A stretch of DNA of 64,000 bases from Spirochaetia bacterium (GCA_963677925.2 CAXXYH010000003.1:1760001-1824000); one strand, 5' to 3'. Counted from the stretch's first letter, positions 37,415-47,829 are shown. The notes: generated by a model not told the origin, from the sequence alone. Numbers and translations are program-made.

Positions 37415-39138
37415 TTTTTCCTCCAGCTGATGCTCAGCTTTTTCAAGTGTAGTTGCTGGATACTGAAATCAAATATCAGACGTGACACAAACAGAGCAGT
37501 GAACATTGAAGAAATAATACCTACAGCGAGCGTATAAGCAAAACCCTGAACAGGTCCGGTTCCTATCTGTGAAAGGAACAGAGCCGCAATGAGTGTTGTA
37601 AGGTTTGCATCCATAACAGTCCAGAAAGCCTTCTGAAAACCGGCTTTAACCGAAGCTGCAGGAGACTTGCCCAGTGCATATTCTTCCTTGATTCGCTCAA
37701 AAATAATTACATTCGCATCGACTGCCATACCGACAGTTAAAATCAGACCGGCAATACTTGTAAGAGTAAGGGTAAGATTAAGAACTGAAAGGATAGCGGT
37801 TATAATAAAAAGGTTCAGAACAAGTGCTATGTCAGCAACCAAACCGGCACCCTTGTAGTATATCAGCATGAACACGATAACAAGGAGAAAACCGTAGGTT
37901 ATAGCCTTGATACCTTCAGCAATAGAGTCTTCACCAAGTGAAGCACCGACTGCCTGCTGGTTTACTATAGTAAGTTCAACCGGCATTGCCGCTGTTCTTA
38001 AAACAAGTGACAGGTCATTTGCTTCCTGTCTTTCGAAACCGGTCATCTGAACGCCTTCCCTGATTGCTTCAGAGATTCTGGCACCAGCCTTGACCTTGTC
38101 GTCAAGAACAATAGCAAGAGTTTCACCGACATGTGAGGATGTAAGCTGGTAGAAAATCTCTCCGCCTTCCTTATCAAGGGTGAAGTTGATTACCGGACGT
38201 CCGGTAACTGCATGTGAACCAACCTGTGCGTCTACAATATGCAGACCGTCAAGGCCGGGTTCTTCAGTTATAACCATATCTCTCTGATACTGATCGACAC
38301 CGTATGAATCTTTAGTATAGTAACCTCTTACAACAAGACCTGCATCAAGAACGGTTTCATCAAGAGGATGCCCCGCGTCATCAAGAAGCTTGCCTGAGTG
38401 GCTTGCCTTGTATTCATTCCAGGCTGCTGTACCTTCATCGTTTACGATATGAAAACTCAGGCTGCCCTTACCCTTAAGGAAAGAATTAACCCTGTCAGGA
38501 TCTGCAGCACCGGGAATTTCAATTGCTATACCGGTATCACCCTGCTTTCGAATCTGCGGTTCAGTAACACCGAACTTATCGATTCGGTTGTTAAGAATCT
38601 CAATAGCCTGATCCACCGCTGATGACTGTTCATCTACGGTCGGAGTATGGCCGAGTCTTTCTGCAAGGCTGTCCATGTCAGCCTCAAGAAGGATGCTCAT
38701 ACCGCCTGAAAGGTCAAGACCAAGCTGCAGAACACTGTCCCTGTCATCCTTGTAACCAAGCAGAAGCTCTGCATAGTAGTTTTCAAGAACACTCAGGGCT
38801 TTATCCCTGTTTCGGAATACACCAAGAACATCGGTTACAGACCAGGCATCCGGTGCATCCTTCTCTTCAATTTTGTACTGTTCCTTTGCATAATCGACTA
38901 CAAAGTCGTATTTCTCAGGAACTGCTGCTTTCGGATCTTTGACAGCAAGTGACTGGAGGGTTTCCAGACCATTTTCTGCCATAGTTACCGAATATTCTCT
39001 TATCTGTTCTCTGGATGCTGCTGATAGATCTTTCATCTCCTGTGGAACATTGAAATACCAATTATAGGTAGGCCACAGGAAGACTCCGCACACCAGCACA
39101 ACCAGAATAACGATCAACAATCTGCCTCGTTTGCTCAT
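37411..39138 (-). CDS. secD: protein translocase subunit SecD
   Basis: LGLDLSGG, RIDKFGVTEP, VGASLG, GMAVDANVIIFERIKEE, DANLTT. Confidence 0.96.
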   Translation of the reverse strand: MSKRGRLLIVILVVLVCGVFLWPTYNWYFNVPQEMKDLSAASREQIREYSVTMAENGLETLQSLAVKDPKAAVPEKYDFVVDYAKEQYKIEEKDAPDAWSVTDVLGVFRNRDKALSVLENYYAELLLGYKDDRDSVLQLGLDLSGGMSILLEADMDSLAERLGHTPTVDEQSSAVDQAIEILNNRIDKFGVTEPQIRKQGDTGIAIEIPGAADPDRVNSFLKGKGSLSFHIVNDEGTAAWNEYKASHSGKLLDDAGHPLDETVLDAGLVVRGYYTKDSYGVDQYQRDMVITEEPGLDGLHIVDAQVGSHAVTGRPVINFTLDKEGGEIFYQLTSSHVGETLAIVLDDKVKAGARISEAIREGVQMTGFERQEANDLSLVLRTAAMPVELTIVNQQAVGASLGEDSIAEGIKAITYGFLLVIVFMLIYYKGAGLVADIALVLNLFIITAILSVLNLTLTLTSIAGLILTVGMAVDANVIIFERIKEEYALGKSPAASVKAGFQKAFWTVMDANLTTLIAALFLSQIGTGPVQGFAYTLAVGIISSMFTALFVSRLIFDFSIQQLHLKKLSISWRKK

Positions 39139-39189
39139 TAATTAACTCCGATTGTGGATTAAATTTTGTTTAGAAAACAGTTTGAATGG

Positions 39190-39540
39190 TTAATTCTTTG
39201 TACTTACTTCGCTTACTTCAATAACTTCGCCAATGGCGCTTTTAGCAAATTCAAGTTTTGTATTGTCATCAACCTTTACGACAACTGTATTGTCGGTATC
39301 ATTCACATTGTGAACTACACCACGGATACCACCGATACTCTGTACCTTGTCACCCTTTTTAATGGCTGCAAGCATCTTCTTTGTTTCTTTCTGTTTCTTG
39401 TTCTGCGGTCTGATAATCAGAAAATAAAAGATCGCAATAACCAGACCGAAGGTAACAAAGGTAGTTGCCATTGACCCACCGCTTCCGCCGGAGCCACCGA
39501 AAAGCTGCATTATGGGCATGCTGCCCGTAATAATATTCAT
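39190..39540 (-). CDS. yajC: preprotein translocase subunit YajC
   Basis: FYFLIIRPQNKKQK, KGDKV..IGGIRG; upstream of secD. Confidence 0.95.
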   Translation of the reverse strand: MNIITGSMPIMQLFGGSGGSGGSMATTFVTFGLVIAIFYFLIIRPQNKKQKETKKMLAAIKKGDKVQSIGGIRGVVHNVNDTDNTVVVKVDDNTKLEFAKSAIGEVIEVSEVSTKN

Positions 39541-39602
39541 CAGCTGAACCTTCCTCGATATTAATAGATTTGGACTAAAATAACACGTTTATAAAGCTGT
39601 AG

Positions 39603-40898
39603 TCAAGCTGGATTTACTGCCGCCTCAGCCCTGGAATCAGGAAGGAAAAGAGTAAAAACGACACCTCGTACGGGTTCACCGGCCTCGATGAACTGAGAAA
39701 CCCTTATCTCTCCACCGTGAAGGTTGATTATTTCTCTCGTGATTGAAAGACCCAGCCCGCTGCCGGGCGTTGTACGTCCGGAGTCGCCCCGGTAAAGTCT
39801 TGTAAAAATCAGTTCACGCTGCTGTGCAGGAATGTCAGGTCCGTTATTCGATATTTCTATCATTCCGGGGGCGGCACTTATCCGGACTTTTCCTCCGTCA
39901 TCTACAAACTTGACAGCATTAGAAAGAATATTTCCGACAGCCCTCAGAAGCAGAGGCTGATCGCCGTACAATTTTCCGGCTGTGATATCTTTTTCTATTG
40001 TAATACCCCGGCTGTCAGCCTCAATTTCATATGGAATTATCAGCTGAGAGATAAACTTATGGATATCAATATCTGTTTTATCAATATCACTGCGCGATTC
40101 AATAGCGGTAAGCTCACCTATCGATTCGGCAAGAGATTCAAGCCGTTTAACCTCAGACAGATGTCTTTCAAATCTCTCACCTGTAGGCTCAAGCACTCCG
40201 TCAATCATAGCCTCAAGCTGGGACTTCAGCCCTGCAAGAGGGGTCCGTAAATCATGAGACAGATCCCTAAGCCACTGCCGCTTGTAATCTTCCTGTCTGA
40301 ACAGAACTTCTGAGGTTTCAGACGTATCAACGGACATCTCGGCGAATTCGCTGATGTCAAATTCCCGTGCAGGCACAGTTTTAAGAGACCTGATGTCATG
40401 AATATCATGCCGCAGAATCCCGACCGGCTCGGACATCTTCCGGGAACTTAACCATGCGGCAAAAAAACCGATTACAAGCGAAATCACCACTGAAAGGCTT
40501 GTCAGAAATATAAGCGATACCAGAAAGATGCGGTTTGTCTGATTGTCGGCAAATCCGAGTTCCCCGGCATGAAAATATCCCAGCAGGGCGCCGTCTGCAT
40601 AAATCGGACTTATATCGCCGGTCAGTATCGAGCGGCCCTTACCGCGGTTTGAAAAAATCAGTTCCTTATCGATAGAAAATACAAAAAACGGGTTTGTCCC
40701 CGGAAGCTCAATTTCAGCTTCCGCAATCGAACCGCTTAATATTTCATAAGCTATTGTACGGTACTGCTCGACGCGGGCATTTTCATACCTGGAAAGAACC
40801 AGATTCAAACCGAGGATATAGATTATTATCTGGGTAGCAAAAAGAACTGCAAAGGCGATCATGAACCGTTTGAGTATCCATGAGAAAAAACTGGTCAT
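39603..40898 (-). CDS. sensor histidine kinase (BaeS-like)
   Basis: Two TMs, SHDLRTPL H-box, NILSNAVKF, FTRLYRGD, GSGLGLSI. Confidence 0.93.
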   Translation of the reverse strand: MTSFFSWILKRFMIAFAVLFATQIIIYILGLNLVLSRYENARVEQYRTIAYEILSGSIAEAEIELPGTNPFFVFSIDKELIFSNRGKGRSILTGDISPIYADGALLGYFHAGELGFADNQTNRIFLVSLIFLTSLSVVISLVIGFFAAWLSSRKMSEPVGILRHDIHDIRSLKTVPAREFDISEFAEMSVDTSETSEVLFRQEDYKRQWLRDLSHDLRTPLAGLKSQLEAMIDGVLEPTGERFERHLSEVKRLESLAESIGELTAIESRSDIDKTDIDIHKFISQLIIPYEIEADSRGITIEKDITAGKLYGDQPLLLRAVGNILSNAVKFVDDGGKVRISAAPGMIEISNNGPDIPAQQRELIFTRLYRGDSGRTTPGSGLGLSITREIINLHGGEIRVSQFIEAGEPVRGVVFTLFLPDSRAEAAVNPA

Positions 40899-41593
40899 AC
40901 TCTCCTGCCGTTAAACCGGAAACCGAAACCCCGAACCGTTTCAATCCAGCCGCCGTCACCCAGTTTGGCTCTGATATTCTTTACATGTGTATCGATAGTC
41001 CTCTCGGATCCTTCGGCTACCGAGTTGAGACAGTATTCAAGCAGCTGCACCCTGTTAAACACCTGCGGGGATTTTTCTGCCAGAAAGAGCAGAATATTCC
41101 ATTCCGCAGCGGTGAACAGAAGCGGAGTTCCGTCAAGAAGTATCCGGTGCTCATCCTCTACGATCTGAAGCCTTCCGCCATCCAGCTCATAACTGTGCAA
41201 TACATCGGCTGAGGACGGCGAGCCGCCGCTGCGTTTCAGGACAGCTTTCACCCTGAGAACAAGTTCTTTGGTTGAAAACGGCTTAACCACATAGTCATCG
41301 GCGCCAAGTTCAAGTCCGGTTATCCGGTCTGATTCCTGGTCACGTGCAGTAAGGAATATTATGGGGATGTCACGTTTTTCCTTTATTCGCTTTGCAAATA
41401 AAAAGCCGTCGCCGTCGGGAAGCATTACATCAAGCAGAATTAAATCGGGAGCCGCTCCGGCCGGAGAGTCAAGAAACTTCTCCGCCGGTTTAATTGCACC
41501 GTATTCTTCTACTTCATAGCCTTCAAGCTTCAGATAGCCGGCAGCGGCCTCACGAACATTTTCATTATCTTCAACAAGTAATATTTTTGCCAT
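40895..41593 (-). CDS. OmpR-family response regulator
   Basis: LLVEDN, LLDVMLP, FLTAR, GADDYVVKPF, RTIDTHVKNIRAKL, ETVRGFGF. Confidence 0.95.
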   Translation of the reverse strand: MAKILLVEDNENVREAAAGYLKLEGYEVEEYGAIKPAEKFLDSPAGAAPDLILLDVMLPDGDGFLFAKRIKEKRDIPIIFLTARDQESDRITGLELGADDYVVKPFSTKELVLRVKAVLKRSGGSPSSADVLHSYELDGGRLQIVEDEHRILLDGTPLLFTAAEWNILLFLAEKSPQVFNRVQLLEYCLNSVAEGSERTIDTHVKNIRAKLGDGGWIETVRGFGFRFNGRRV

Positions 41594-41596
41594 TAC

Positions 41597-43186
41597 TTAC
41601 ATATTATCAAGCATTGCCTGAAGTTCAACCTTATATTCTGAAAATTCAAGACCTTCAGCGGAGAGAAAATCCCGTATTGTCACACCTGCTGCACCCATCT
41701 TCATTCCTAGTACGGACTCAATCTGCTCCTTGGTAAGTCCCCAGTCAAGCAGATCGCCGAAGGTTGTATTTCCTTTTATTTCACCTGAAATAACTTCATG
41801 CTCTTCGGCTGCAGCCGGTTCTGAAGAAATCTCTGAAGACTCTGCTTCTGCTTCCCCTGATTCCGGAGAAGCTTTCAAAACATCAAGATCAATTGACAGA
41901 GCCTGAAGCGCTTCAATGTCGGCAGGAGCAAGCTTATCCTTAAGAACCTCAATTGCCGATGAGGGAAGTCTTGTGGTCTCTTCTGGAGTATAAGGAAGCC
42001 CCTTATAACGGGAAACAAACAGTCTTACTGAATCAGTTCCTACTTCTGAACCGTCATCAAGCGGAATGTAGATTTCTTCAAAAAGTTTAATCTGGAAGGC
42101 TGCGGGATTTGAGTCCGTTACTCCAAAGGCCTTTGCAAGAACATCTACATCTATACCGAAAGTGTTTTCAATATCACCGAAGGAGTAGGAACCGCGGATA
42201 TCAGCAGGATTGTATTCACCCGAAAATTCACCGTCTGAATATGTAGCCGGAAGCTTCGTAGACTCGGTGATCCACAGATTCGTAGCCATAGTGAGGCCGA
42301 TTCCTACTATAAATGTGGCCGGAACAATGATTGCAAGGATTTTTTCCTTAACCTGACCTTTGGTAATTTTTTTTGCAGCTACGAGTGCTACCGTATCATT
42401 CACGGGGCATGACTGCTCGCTTGTACATTTCATACAGCTTATACACTGATGATTCCTAACTGTTCCGGCTGTTGACACCTCAATATTCATCGGGCAGGCC
42501 TTATCACAGGCACTGCAGCTTATGCAGGTGTCTGCAGCACGTTTGATTCCGAATATACGGAACAGATTCGAAAGGCCGAGAACCGCACCGTAGGGACAGG
42601 CGTATTTACAGAAGGGTCTCTCAACAAAAAGTGAAAGTATTATTGAAACGGCAAGGATAATATATCCCGATATGGCGACCTCACCTGTCCAGAAATTAAA
42701 AAGAGCATAATAGGGATCGTAGTCGGCAAAGATTATCTTTCCAGTTACAGCAGTCATGTAAATAACCCAGGCAAGAACAATGTAGCGCAGGTATCTAAGC
42801 CACCTGTCAAACTTATATGGAATAAAGCGGTTATACTTCTTTTTAAAGATTTTTTTCCCGATTTTTCCGATAAGTTCCTGGACCGTGCCGAAGGGACATA
42901 TCCATCCGCAGAATACCGGACCGAAGGCGACTGCAAGGACAGCAACAATAATCATCAATATGAAGGATGACTCGTGAGTTTTCTTCACAAATGTTCCGCT
43001 GACAGCATACTGGTATATGGAAACAACTCCGCCGAAAGGACATACGGCATGAAGAGAAGCACTTCCTATTATTGGTATGGCTGCTCCGGACTCCTCCAGG
43101 GTGTGATTAACAGCAATAAGAGCTATTAAAACAAGTAAAATAACCTGAATAACAGTTCTGATACTGCTTCTGCGTTTCTTTCCCAT
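41597..43186 (-). CDS. membrane 4Fe-4S-binding protein (NapH/YccM-like) with a C-terminal extracytoplasmic extension
   Basis: CPFG, FCGWICPFG, FCKYACPYG, CISCSACDKACP, CISCMKC; a TM helix then ~220 aa of soluble acidic domain. Confidence 0.85.
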   Translation of the reverse strand: MGKKRRSSIRTVIQVILLVLIALIAVNHTLEESGAAIPIIGSASLHAVCPFGGVVSIYQYAVSGTFVKKTHESSFILMIIVAVLAVAFGPVFCGWICPFGTVQELIGKIGKKIFKKKYNRFIPYKFDRWLRYLRYIVLAWVIYMTAVTGKIIFADYDPYYALFNFWTGEVAISGYIILAVSIILSLFVERPFCKYACPYGAVLGLSNLFRIFGIKRAADTCISCSACDKACPMNIEVSTAGTVRNHQCISCMKCTSEQSCPVNDTVALVAAKKITKGQVKEKILAIIVPATFIVGIGLTMATNLWITESTKLPATYSDGEFSGEYNPADIRGSYSFGDIENTFGIDVDVLAKAFGVTDSNPAAFQIKLFEEIYIPLDDGSEVGTDSVRLFVSRYKGLPYTPEETTRLPSSAIEVLKDKLAPADIEALQALSIDLDVLKASPESGEAEAESSEISSEPAAAEEHEVISGEIKGNTTFGDLLDWGLTKEQIESVLGMKMGAAGVTIRDFLSAEGLEFSEYKVELQAMLDNM

Positions 43187-43213
43187 ATTAAATCTCCTGT
43201 TCTTTAATGATCT

Positions 43214-43347
43214 ATTGTAAATAGAATAGAAGCAGATTGCAAAAGAAACGGAAGTTTATTGTGAAGATTTCGTGAAGAGGATTTTTTTCATTCTCCCCGA
43301 TCTCTTTTAAACAGCTTCACAATTTCTTCAAAATTGGATTCTACATT
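43214..43347. promoter_or_regulatory. divergent promoters with 11-bp-period CTTCAC repeats (OmpR-type binding sites)
   Basis: GTGAAGA at 43261 and 43272 (minus-strand CTTCAC), weaker copies at 43249 and 43227, then minus-strand TACAAT (43219-14); plus-strand CTTCAC 43315, CTTCAA 43326, then TACATT 43342. Confidence 0.65.
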
Positions 43348-43375
43348 TGTTTCATAAGCTTTAGGAGGCTATGAC

Positions 43376-44173
43376 ATGACAAAGAAACTTTTAATTGCAT
43401 TAACAATTCTGGTTGCAGCTACTGCAACTATTTACGCTAACGGTTCACAGGAATACGATGGAACATACGGCAGCGGAAGAGGACAGGGACAGGGCCTCAG
43501 AGACGGCAGCGGCTACGGCGGCGGTCAGGGCGGAGGCGGAGGCTACGGACGCAGCAGCAGCGGAACAACCTACAGGGAAAACTTCGTTGGAGAACTGGCT
43601 ACTGTATATAATGAAAGTATCGGTTCAGGCGTCCTCACTGACGAAGAGGCAGAAGGGCTTGTGCTGATGGCTGAGGAAGAAAAACTTGCCCGTGATGTTT
43701 ACAAGGCACTGTATGAAAAATGGAATATCCCTGTATTCAATAATATAGGCGACAGTGAACAGCAGCACATGGACGCAGTAGTACTTATGCTTGAAGCCTA
43801 TGATGTAGAAGTACCTTCAACGACAGCAACTCCGGGATCATTTCTGAATGCCGATCTTCAGAAACACTATGATGACCTCGTAGCACTCGGCTCAAAGTCA
43901 TTTGAAGATGCGCTCATGGTTGGAGCTACAATAGAAGATCTTGATATTGCCGACCTGCAGAAACTTCTTGAGAACACAGAGAACGAAGAAGTAGCAATTC
44001 TGTACCAGAATCTGATGAAGGGTTCAAGAAATCATATGAGATCATTCACCGCACAGCTTGAAAGATACGATGAAGAATATGAACCGGTATTCATAACCGA
44101 GGAATACTTCGAAAAAATCCTTAAATACAACAGGGAAATGGCGCCGATTGCCAATCCTGACTATTCACTTTAA
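43376..44173 (+). CDS. secreted DUF2202 ferritin-like protein with Gly-rich N-terminal linker
   Basis: Signal peptide IYANGSQE; EEEKLARDVY, SEQQH, IEDLDI, GSRNHMRSF diiron-type motifs. Confidence 0.85.
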   Translation: MTKKLLIALTILVAATATIYANGSQEYDGTYGSGRGQGQGLRDGSGYGGGQGGGGGYGRSSSGTTYRENFVGELATVYNESIGSGVLTDEEAEGLVLMAEEEKLARDVYKALYEKWNIPVFNNIGDSEQQHMDAVVLMLEAYDVEVPSTTATPGSFLNADLQKHYDDLVALGSKSFEDALMVGATIEDLDIADLQKLLENTENEEVAILYQNLMKGSRNHMRSFTAQLERYDEEYEPVFITEEYFEKILKYNREMAPIANPDYSL

Positions 44174-44211
44174 ACAGATAAGAGGGCAAACCCGACCATC
44201 TGCTTAAAAAC

Positions 44212-44253
44212 AAAAAAGCCTGCTGGAGCTTAAACCTCCGGCAGGCTTTTTTT
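44212..44253. terminator. bidirectional intrinsic terminator
   Basis: AAAAAAGCCTGCTGGAG...CTCCGGCAGGCTTTTTT between convergent genes. Confidence 0.88.
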
Positions 44254-44286
44254 ATTGCCGGATTATTCTCACGGGAAGATACCGAT

Positions 44287-46227
44287 TTAAAGATCCAGAG
44301 CTGCGTGGTATCCAAGATATACAGCGTTTGTTATATTTGACGGCCTTACACAGTCGCCGATGCACCTGACAAATGGAGCAGCATCAAGATAATCCATAGT
44401 ATTTCTCGACTTCTGCCCTACTGCACAGATAACAGTCTTTCCTTCAACAAGAATTTTTTCACCATCCCTGTTTTCACAAAAGACACCGTCCTCAGTAATT
44501 TCAACCGCACGCATTCCGGTATAGGCCGAAACCTTTTGCTCTATTTCCTGGAGGAGCAGAGGTCTGTGCCTGACATTCGAATCTTTCGCAAGCTCCTCCT
44601 GCATCTCGATAAGACTGACTTTTCTGCCTTCATTTGCAAGATGTACAGACAATTCAGCTCCGGAAAGTCCGCCGCCGATTATTACAGCGCTCTCCGCAAC
44701 TGAATCCTGCATTCTGTGATAATCATTCACAACCATCACATTCTCACCATCGATTCCGGGAATCGGCGGAATAACCGGCTCTGAACCTATCGCAAGAATT
44801 ACCGCATCAACAGCCTCGTTCTCGGCATATTCAGAGCTGAATTTAGTATTCAGGCGGATATCAACTCCTTCCTTACGGGCTATTCGTTCCATTGTTTTAC
44901 CAAGTTCATACATTTCCCGCTTAAAGGGAATAGCGCTTTCACAGTTAAGAATACCGCCTGCCTCATTCTGTTCTTCAACAAGAATCACCCTGTGACCGCG
45001 GCGTGCAGCGGTTATTGCCGCTCTTAGACCTCCGGGACCGGCACCGGCAATCATAACCTTGAGCGGATGAATAGCGCGGTGAATCTCAATTCCTGCGACC
45101 TCACGTCCGATAAGGGGGTTAATTGCGCAGCGCCTTGTAGTTGTGGTTGCCCTTTCAGCCATGCAGACAAAACACCTCAGACAGTGCAGAATTTCGTCAT
45201 CACGGTTCATAAGAACTTTTCTCGGAAGCTCATGATCAGCAAGCAGAGCCCTGGCCATCTCAACTACATCAGCCTTTCCGGAGGCTATAATTTCTTCCAT
45301 CATCTCAGGATGATTGAGACCTCCAATAGTCGCTACCGGAACCTTTACATGCTTCTTGATTGCAGCTGCAAGATAAACGTTGTTACCGTGCGGAATAAAC
45401 ATTGAAGGATGAGTTATACCGAAACCGGTCTGATACGTACCAGCCGATACATGAAGCAGGTCGATATCATCTTCAAGCAGCTTTGCAATTTCAATGCCCT
45501 CATTAAGATTATAACCGCCTTTAAAAAGTTCAGAACCGCTGAACCGGAACTCTATGGGAAAGCCCGGACCGACATTGGCCCTCACACTTGCAAGAACCTC
45601 CTTTGCAAACCGGACCCTGTTTTCCAGAGTTCCGCCGTATTCATCCTTTCTGCGGTTGAAAAACGGAGAAAAAAACTGGTTTATAAGCCAGCCGTGTCCG
45701 CCATGGACCATTATCATCTGGAAACCCGCACGCTTTGCAAGTGCAGCGCTGTCTCCATAAGCTTTTACAATTTCATCGATCATCTCTTTTGAGAGCTCTT
45801 TGATAGGCACACCGTCTTTGCGGACACCCTCACTAGGGCCGTACTGATGGAGCTGGAGCTTACTGTCCTTGTCCGCCATATAGGTCCCCGAGTACTGTCC
45901 CGAATGTGAAAGCTCAACACTCGGTACAGCCCCGTGTCGTCTTATAGAATCGGCAGTATGGGCAAAACCATACAATGCTCCCGGAATCTTTAAATCAAGA
46001 TGATATGCATGAGAGCCGTCTGTCTCGGGGTGGACCATCAGCTCACTGACTGTAACAGCGGCGGCACCACCCTTGGCTCTAAGTTCATAAAAGGCAGTCG
46101 AATCCTGCCCGATTACACCGTCAGCGGTAATGTGAGTTCCGCCCATTGGTGCAGAAAACATTCTGTTGCGGAAGACTACATTACCGATTTTGACAGGCTG
46201 GCTTAAGTTGGGATATTTTCGTTTCAT
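44287..46227 (-). CDS. NADH:flavin oxidoreductase (Old Yellow Enzyme TIM barrel + 4Fe-4S + FAD/NAD domain; FadH/BaiCD-like)
   Basis: RNRMFSAPM, HGGHGWLINQFFSP..NRRKDEYGG, ARALLAD, CLRCFVC..CAINP, GAGPGG, GGGLSGAE. Confidence 0.9.
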   Translation of the reverse strand: MKRKYPNLSQPVKIGNVVFRNRMFSAPMGGTHITADGVIGQDSTAFYELRAKGGAAAVTVSELMVHPETDGSHAYHLDLKIPGALYGFAHTADSIRRHGAVPSVELSHSGQYSGTYMADKDSKLQLHQYGPSEGVRKDGVPIKELSKEMIDEIVKAYGDSAALAKRAGFQMIMVHGGHGWLINQFFSPFFNRRKDEYGGTLENRVRFAKEVLASVRANVGPGFPIEFRFSGSELFKGGYNLNEGIEIAKLLEDDIDLLHVSAGTYQTGFGITHPSMFIPHGNNVYLAAAIKKHVKVPVATIGGLNHPEMMEEIIASGKADVVEMARALLADHELPRKVLMNRDDEILHCLRCFVCMAERATTTTRRCAINPLIGREVAGIEIHRAIHPLKVMIAGAGPGGLRAAITAARRGHRVILVEEQNEAGGILNCESAIPFKREMYELGKTMERIARKEGVDIRLNTKFSSEYAENEAVDAVILAIGSEPVIPPIPGIDGENVMVVNDYHRMQDSVAESAVIIGGGLSGAELSVHLANEGRKVSLIEMQEELAKDSNVRHRPLLLQEIEQKVSAYTGMRAVEITEDGVFCENRDGEKILVEGKTVICAVGQKSRNTMDYLDAAPFVRCIGDCVRPSNITNAVYLGYHAALDL

Positions 46228-46343
46228 AGTACTCCTCGGAAAATGAGGTACTATTTATCGATAAATTTATCAATATATTTCATCGAACAGATTCTGTATT
46301 TTTACCCGTAAATCAAAAACTGATATTTAAATGTCAGGTTTCG

Positions 46344-47774
46344 TCACCTCAGACTAAAGCCGCCGATCTTCAAATCAAGGTATTCCTGAATACCTTCAGG
46401 GCCTCCTTCCCTTCCAAGACCGCTCTCTTTAACACCTCCGAACGGCACAGCAACGGCAGTAGGATTGATATCATTAATACCGATAATACCGAATCGAAGC
46501 TGTTCGAAGTATTTCATTGCAGTATTGAGATTCTGAGTGTAGACGTATGAGGCAAGTCCGTAATCAGTATCGTTAGCCATCGTCATAAGGTCGGCATCAT
46601 CTGAATATTCAATTATCGGAGCTACCGGCCCGAAAGTCTCCTCCCTGTAGATAAGCATATCTGGTGTAACACCCTTTAACACAGTGGGGGCAAAGAAGAA
46701 GCCCTTATCAAGCCCCCCATCGGTGAGTCGAGCTCCTCCCGCAAGGCATTCAGCGCCCTTTGAAAGAGCGTCTTTGACCTGATTTTCAACCTTTGCAACG
46801 GCCCTGTCATTAACTAACGGGCCGATACTTATTCCCGCATCAAGTCCGCTGCCCGCCTTCATTTTCTGAACCCTGCCGGTAAATTCGTTTACAAAGGCAT
46901 CCATCTGGTCTTTGTGAACATAAAACCGGTTAGGGCTGATGCAGGCCTGCCCGGTATTAAGAAATTTGACAAGAACAGCACCCTTTACCGCCTGAACAGG
47001 GTCGGCGTCCCTGCATACAATAAACGGGGCGTGCCCGCCAAGCTCAAAGGAGGTCCGCTTCATCCGGGCGGCTGCACGGCCTGCAATCATCTTTCCCACA
47101 TCAGTTGAACCGGTGAAGGTTATTTTACGGACTCTCGGATCATCAATAAGGACATCTCCGATTGGACCGGGATTCATTCCGGTAACAAGGTTCAGAACTC
47201 CAGGCGGAAGTTCCGCTTCCTCAAATATTTTAAACATCTCTACTGCACACAGAGGCGTTGCCTCTGCCGGTTTCACAACCATGCTACATCCGGCGGCAAT
47301 AGCCGGAGCGGCCTTTCTTGTAATCATTGACATGGGATAATTCCACGGAGTAATTGCCGCGGTAACACCGACAGGCTGGTAGCCGGTCATAAAGCGCTGG
47401 TCTGCCCTGGGGGCAGGAATTGTCCGTCCGTAGACGCGCTTAACTTCTTCGGCATACCAGAGCATAAAATCAGCTGCATACTGAACTTCATTTGCTGAAG
47501 CCTTTAAGGGTTTTCCCTGCTCAATGGTCATTGTTCTGGCCAGCTCAGCCTTCTTATCCATCATCAGTTCATAAATCCGGTATAGATATTTTGATTTTTC
47601 ATAGGCCGTGGTCTTCGACCATGTTTCAAAGGCCGCTTCGGCTGCATCAACAGCAGCAAGAGTATCAGCACTTCCTCCATCAGGGAGCTCTGCGACAGCC
47701 TCGCCGGTAGCCGGGTTATATGATGTAAAGACAGCACCGCTTACTGCATCAGTCCATTTTCCGTTAATAAACAT
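46344..47774 (-). CDS. gabD: NAD(P)-dependent succinate-semialdehyde dehydrogenase family aldehyde dehydrogenase
   Basis: Start MFINGKW at 47774 after GGAGG; ITPWNYP, FTGST, ELGGHAP, GQACIS, EETFGP, PFGGVKESGLGREG. Confidence 0.85.
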   Translation of the reverse strand: MFINGKWTDAVSGAVFTSYNPATGEAVAELPDGGSADTLAAVDAAEAAFETWSKTTAYEKSKYLYRIYELMMDKKAELARTMTIEQGKPLKASANEVQYAADFMLWYAEEVKRVYGRTIPAPRADQRFMTGYQPVGVTAAITPWNYPMSMITRKAAPAIAAGCSMVVKPAEATPLCAVEMFKIFEEAELPPGVLNLVTGMNPGPIGDVLIDDPRVRKITFTGSTDVGKMIAGRAAARMKRTSFELGGHAPFIVCRDADPVQAVKGAVLVKFLNTGQACISPNRFYVHKDQMDAFVNEFTGRVQKMKAGSGLDAGISIGPLVNDRAVAKVENQVKDALSKGAECLAGGARLTDGGLDKGFFFAPTVLKGVTPDMLIYREETFGPVAPIIEYSDDADLMTMANDTDYGLASYVYTQNLNTAMKYFEQLRFGIIGINDINPTAVAVPFGGVKESGLGREGGPEGIQEYLDLKIGGFSLR

Positions 47775-47829
47775 AAGACCTCCGGTATTGTTCCAATTTA
47801 TCCGTATATATATTAATATCTTAGCAGAT

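Noticed and set aside
43465-43562. GGC-rich low-complexity repeats as a CRISPR or VNTR
   Set aside because: They encode the in-frame Gly/Ser-rich linker of the DUF2202 protein and have no repeat-spacer structure.
44287-46227. Bilirubin reductase BilR or bile-acid BaiCD/BaiH assignment
   Set aside because: It has the generic HGGH motif rather than HGDR, and there is no bai operon context.
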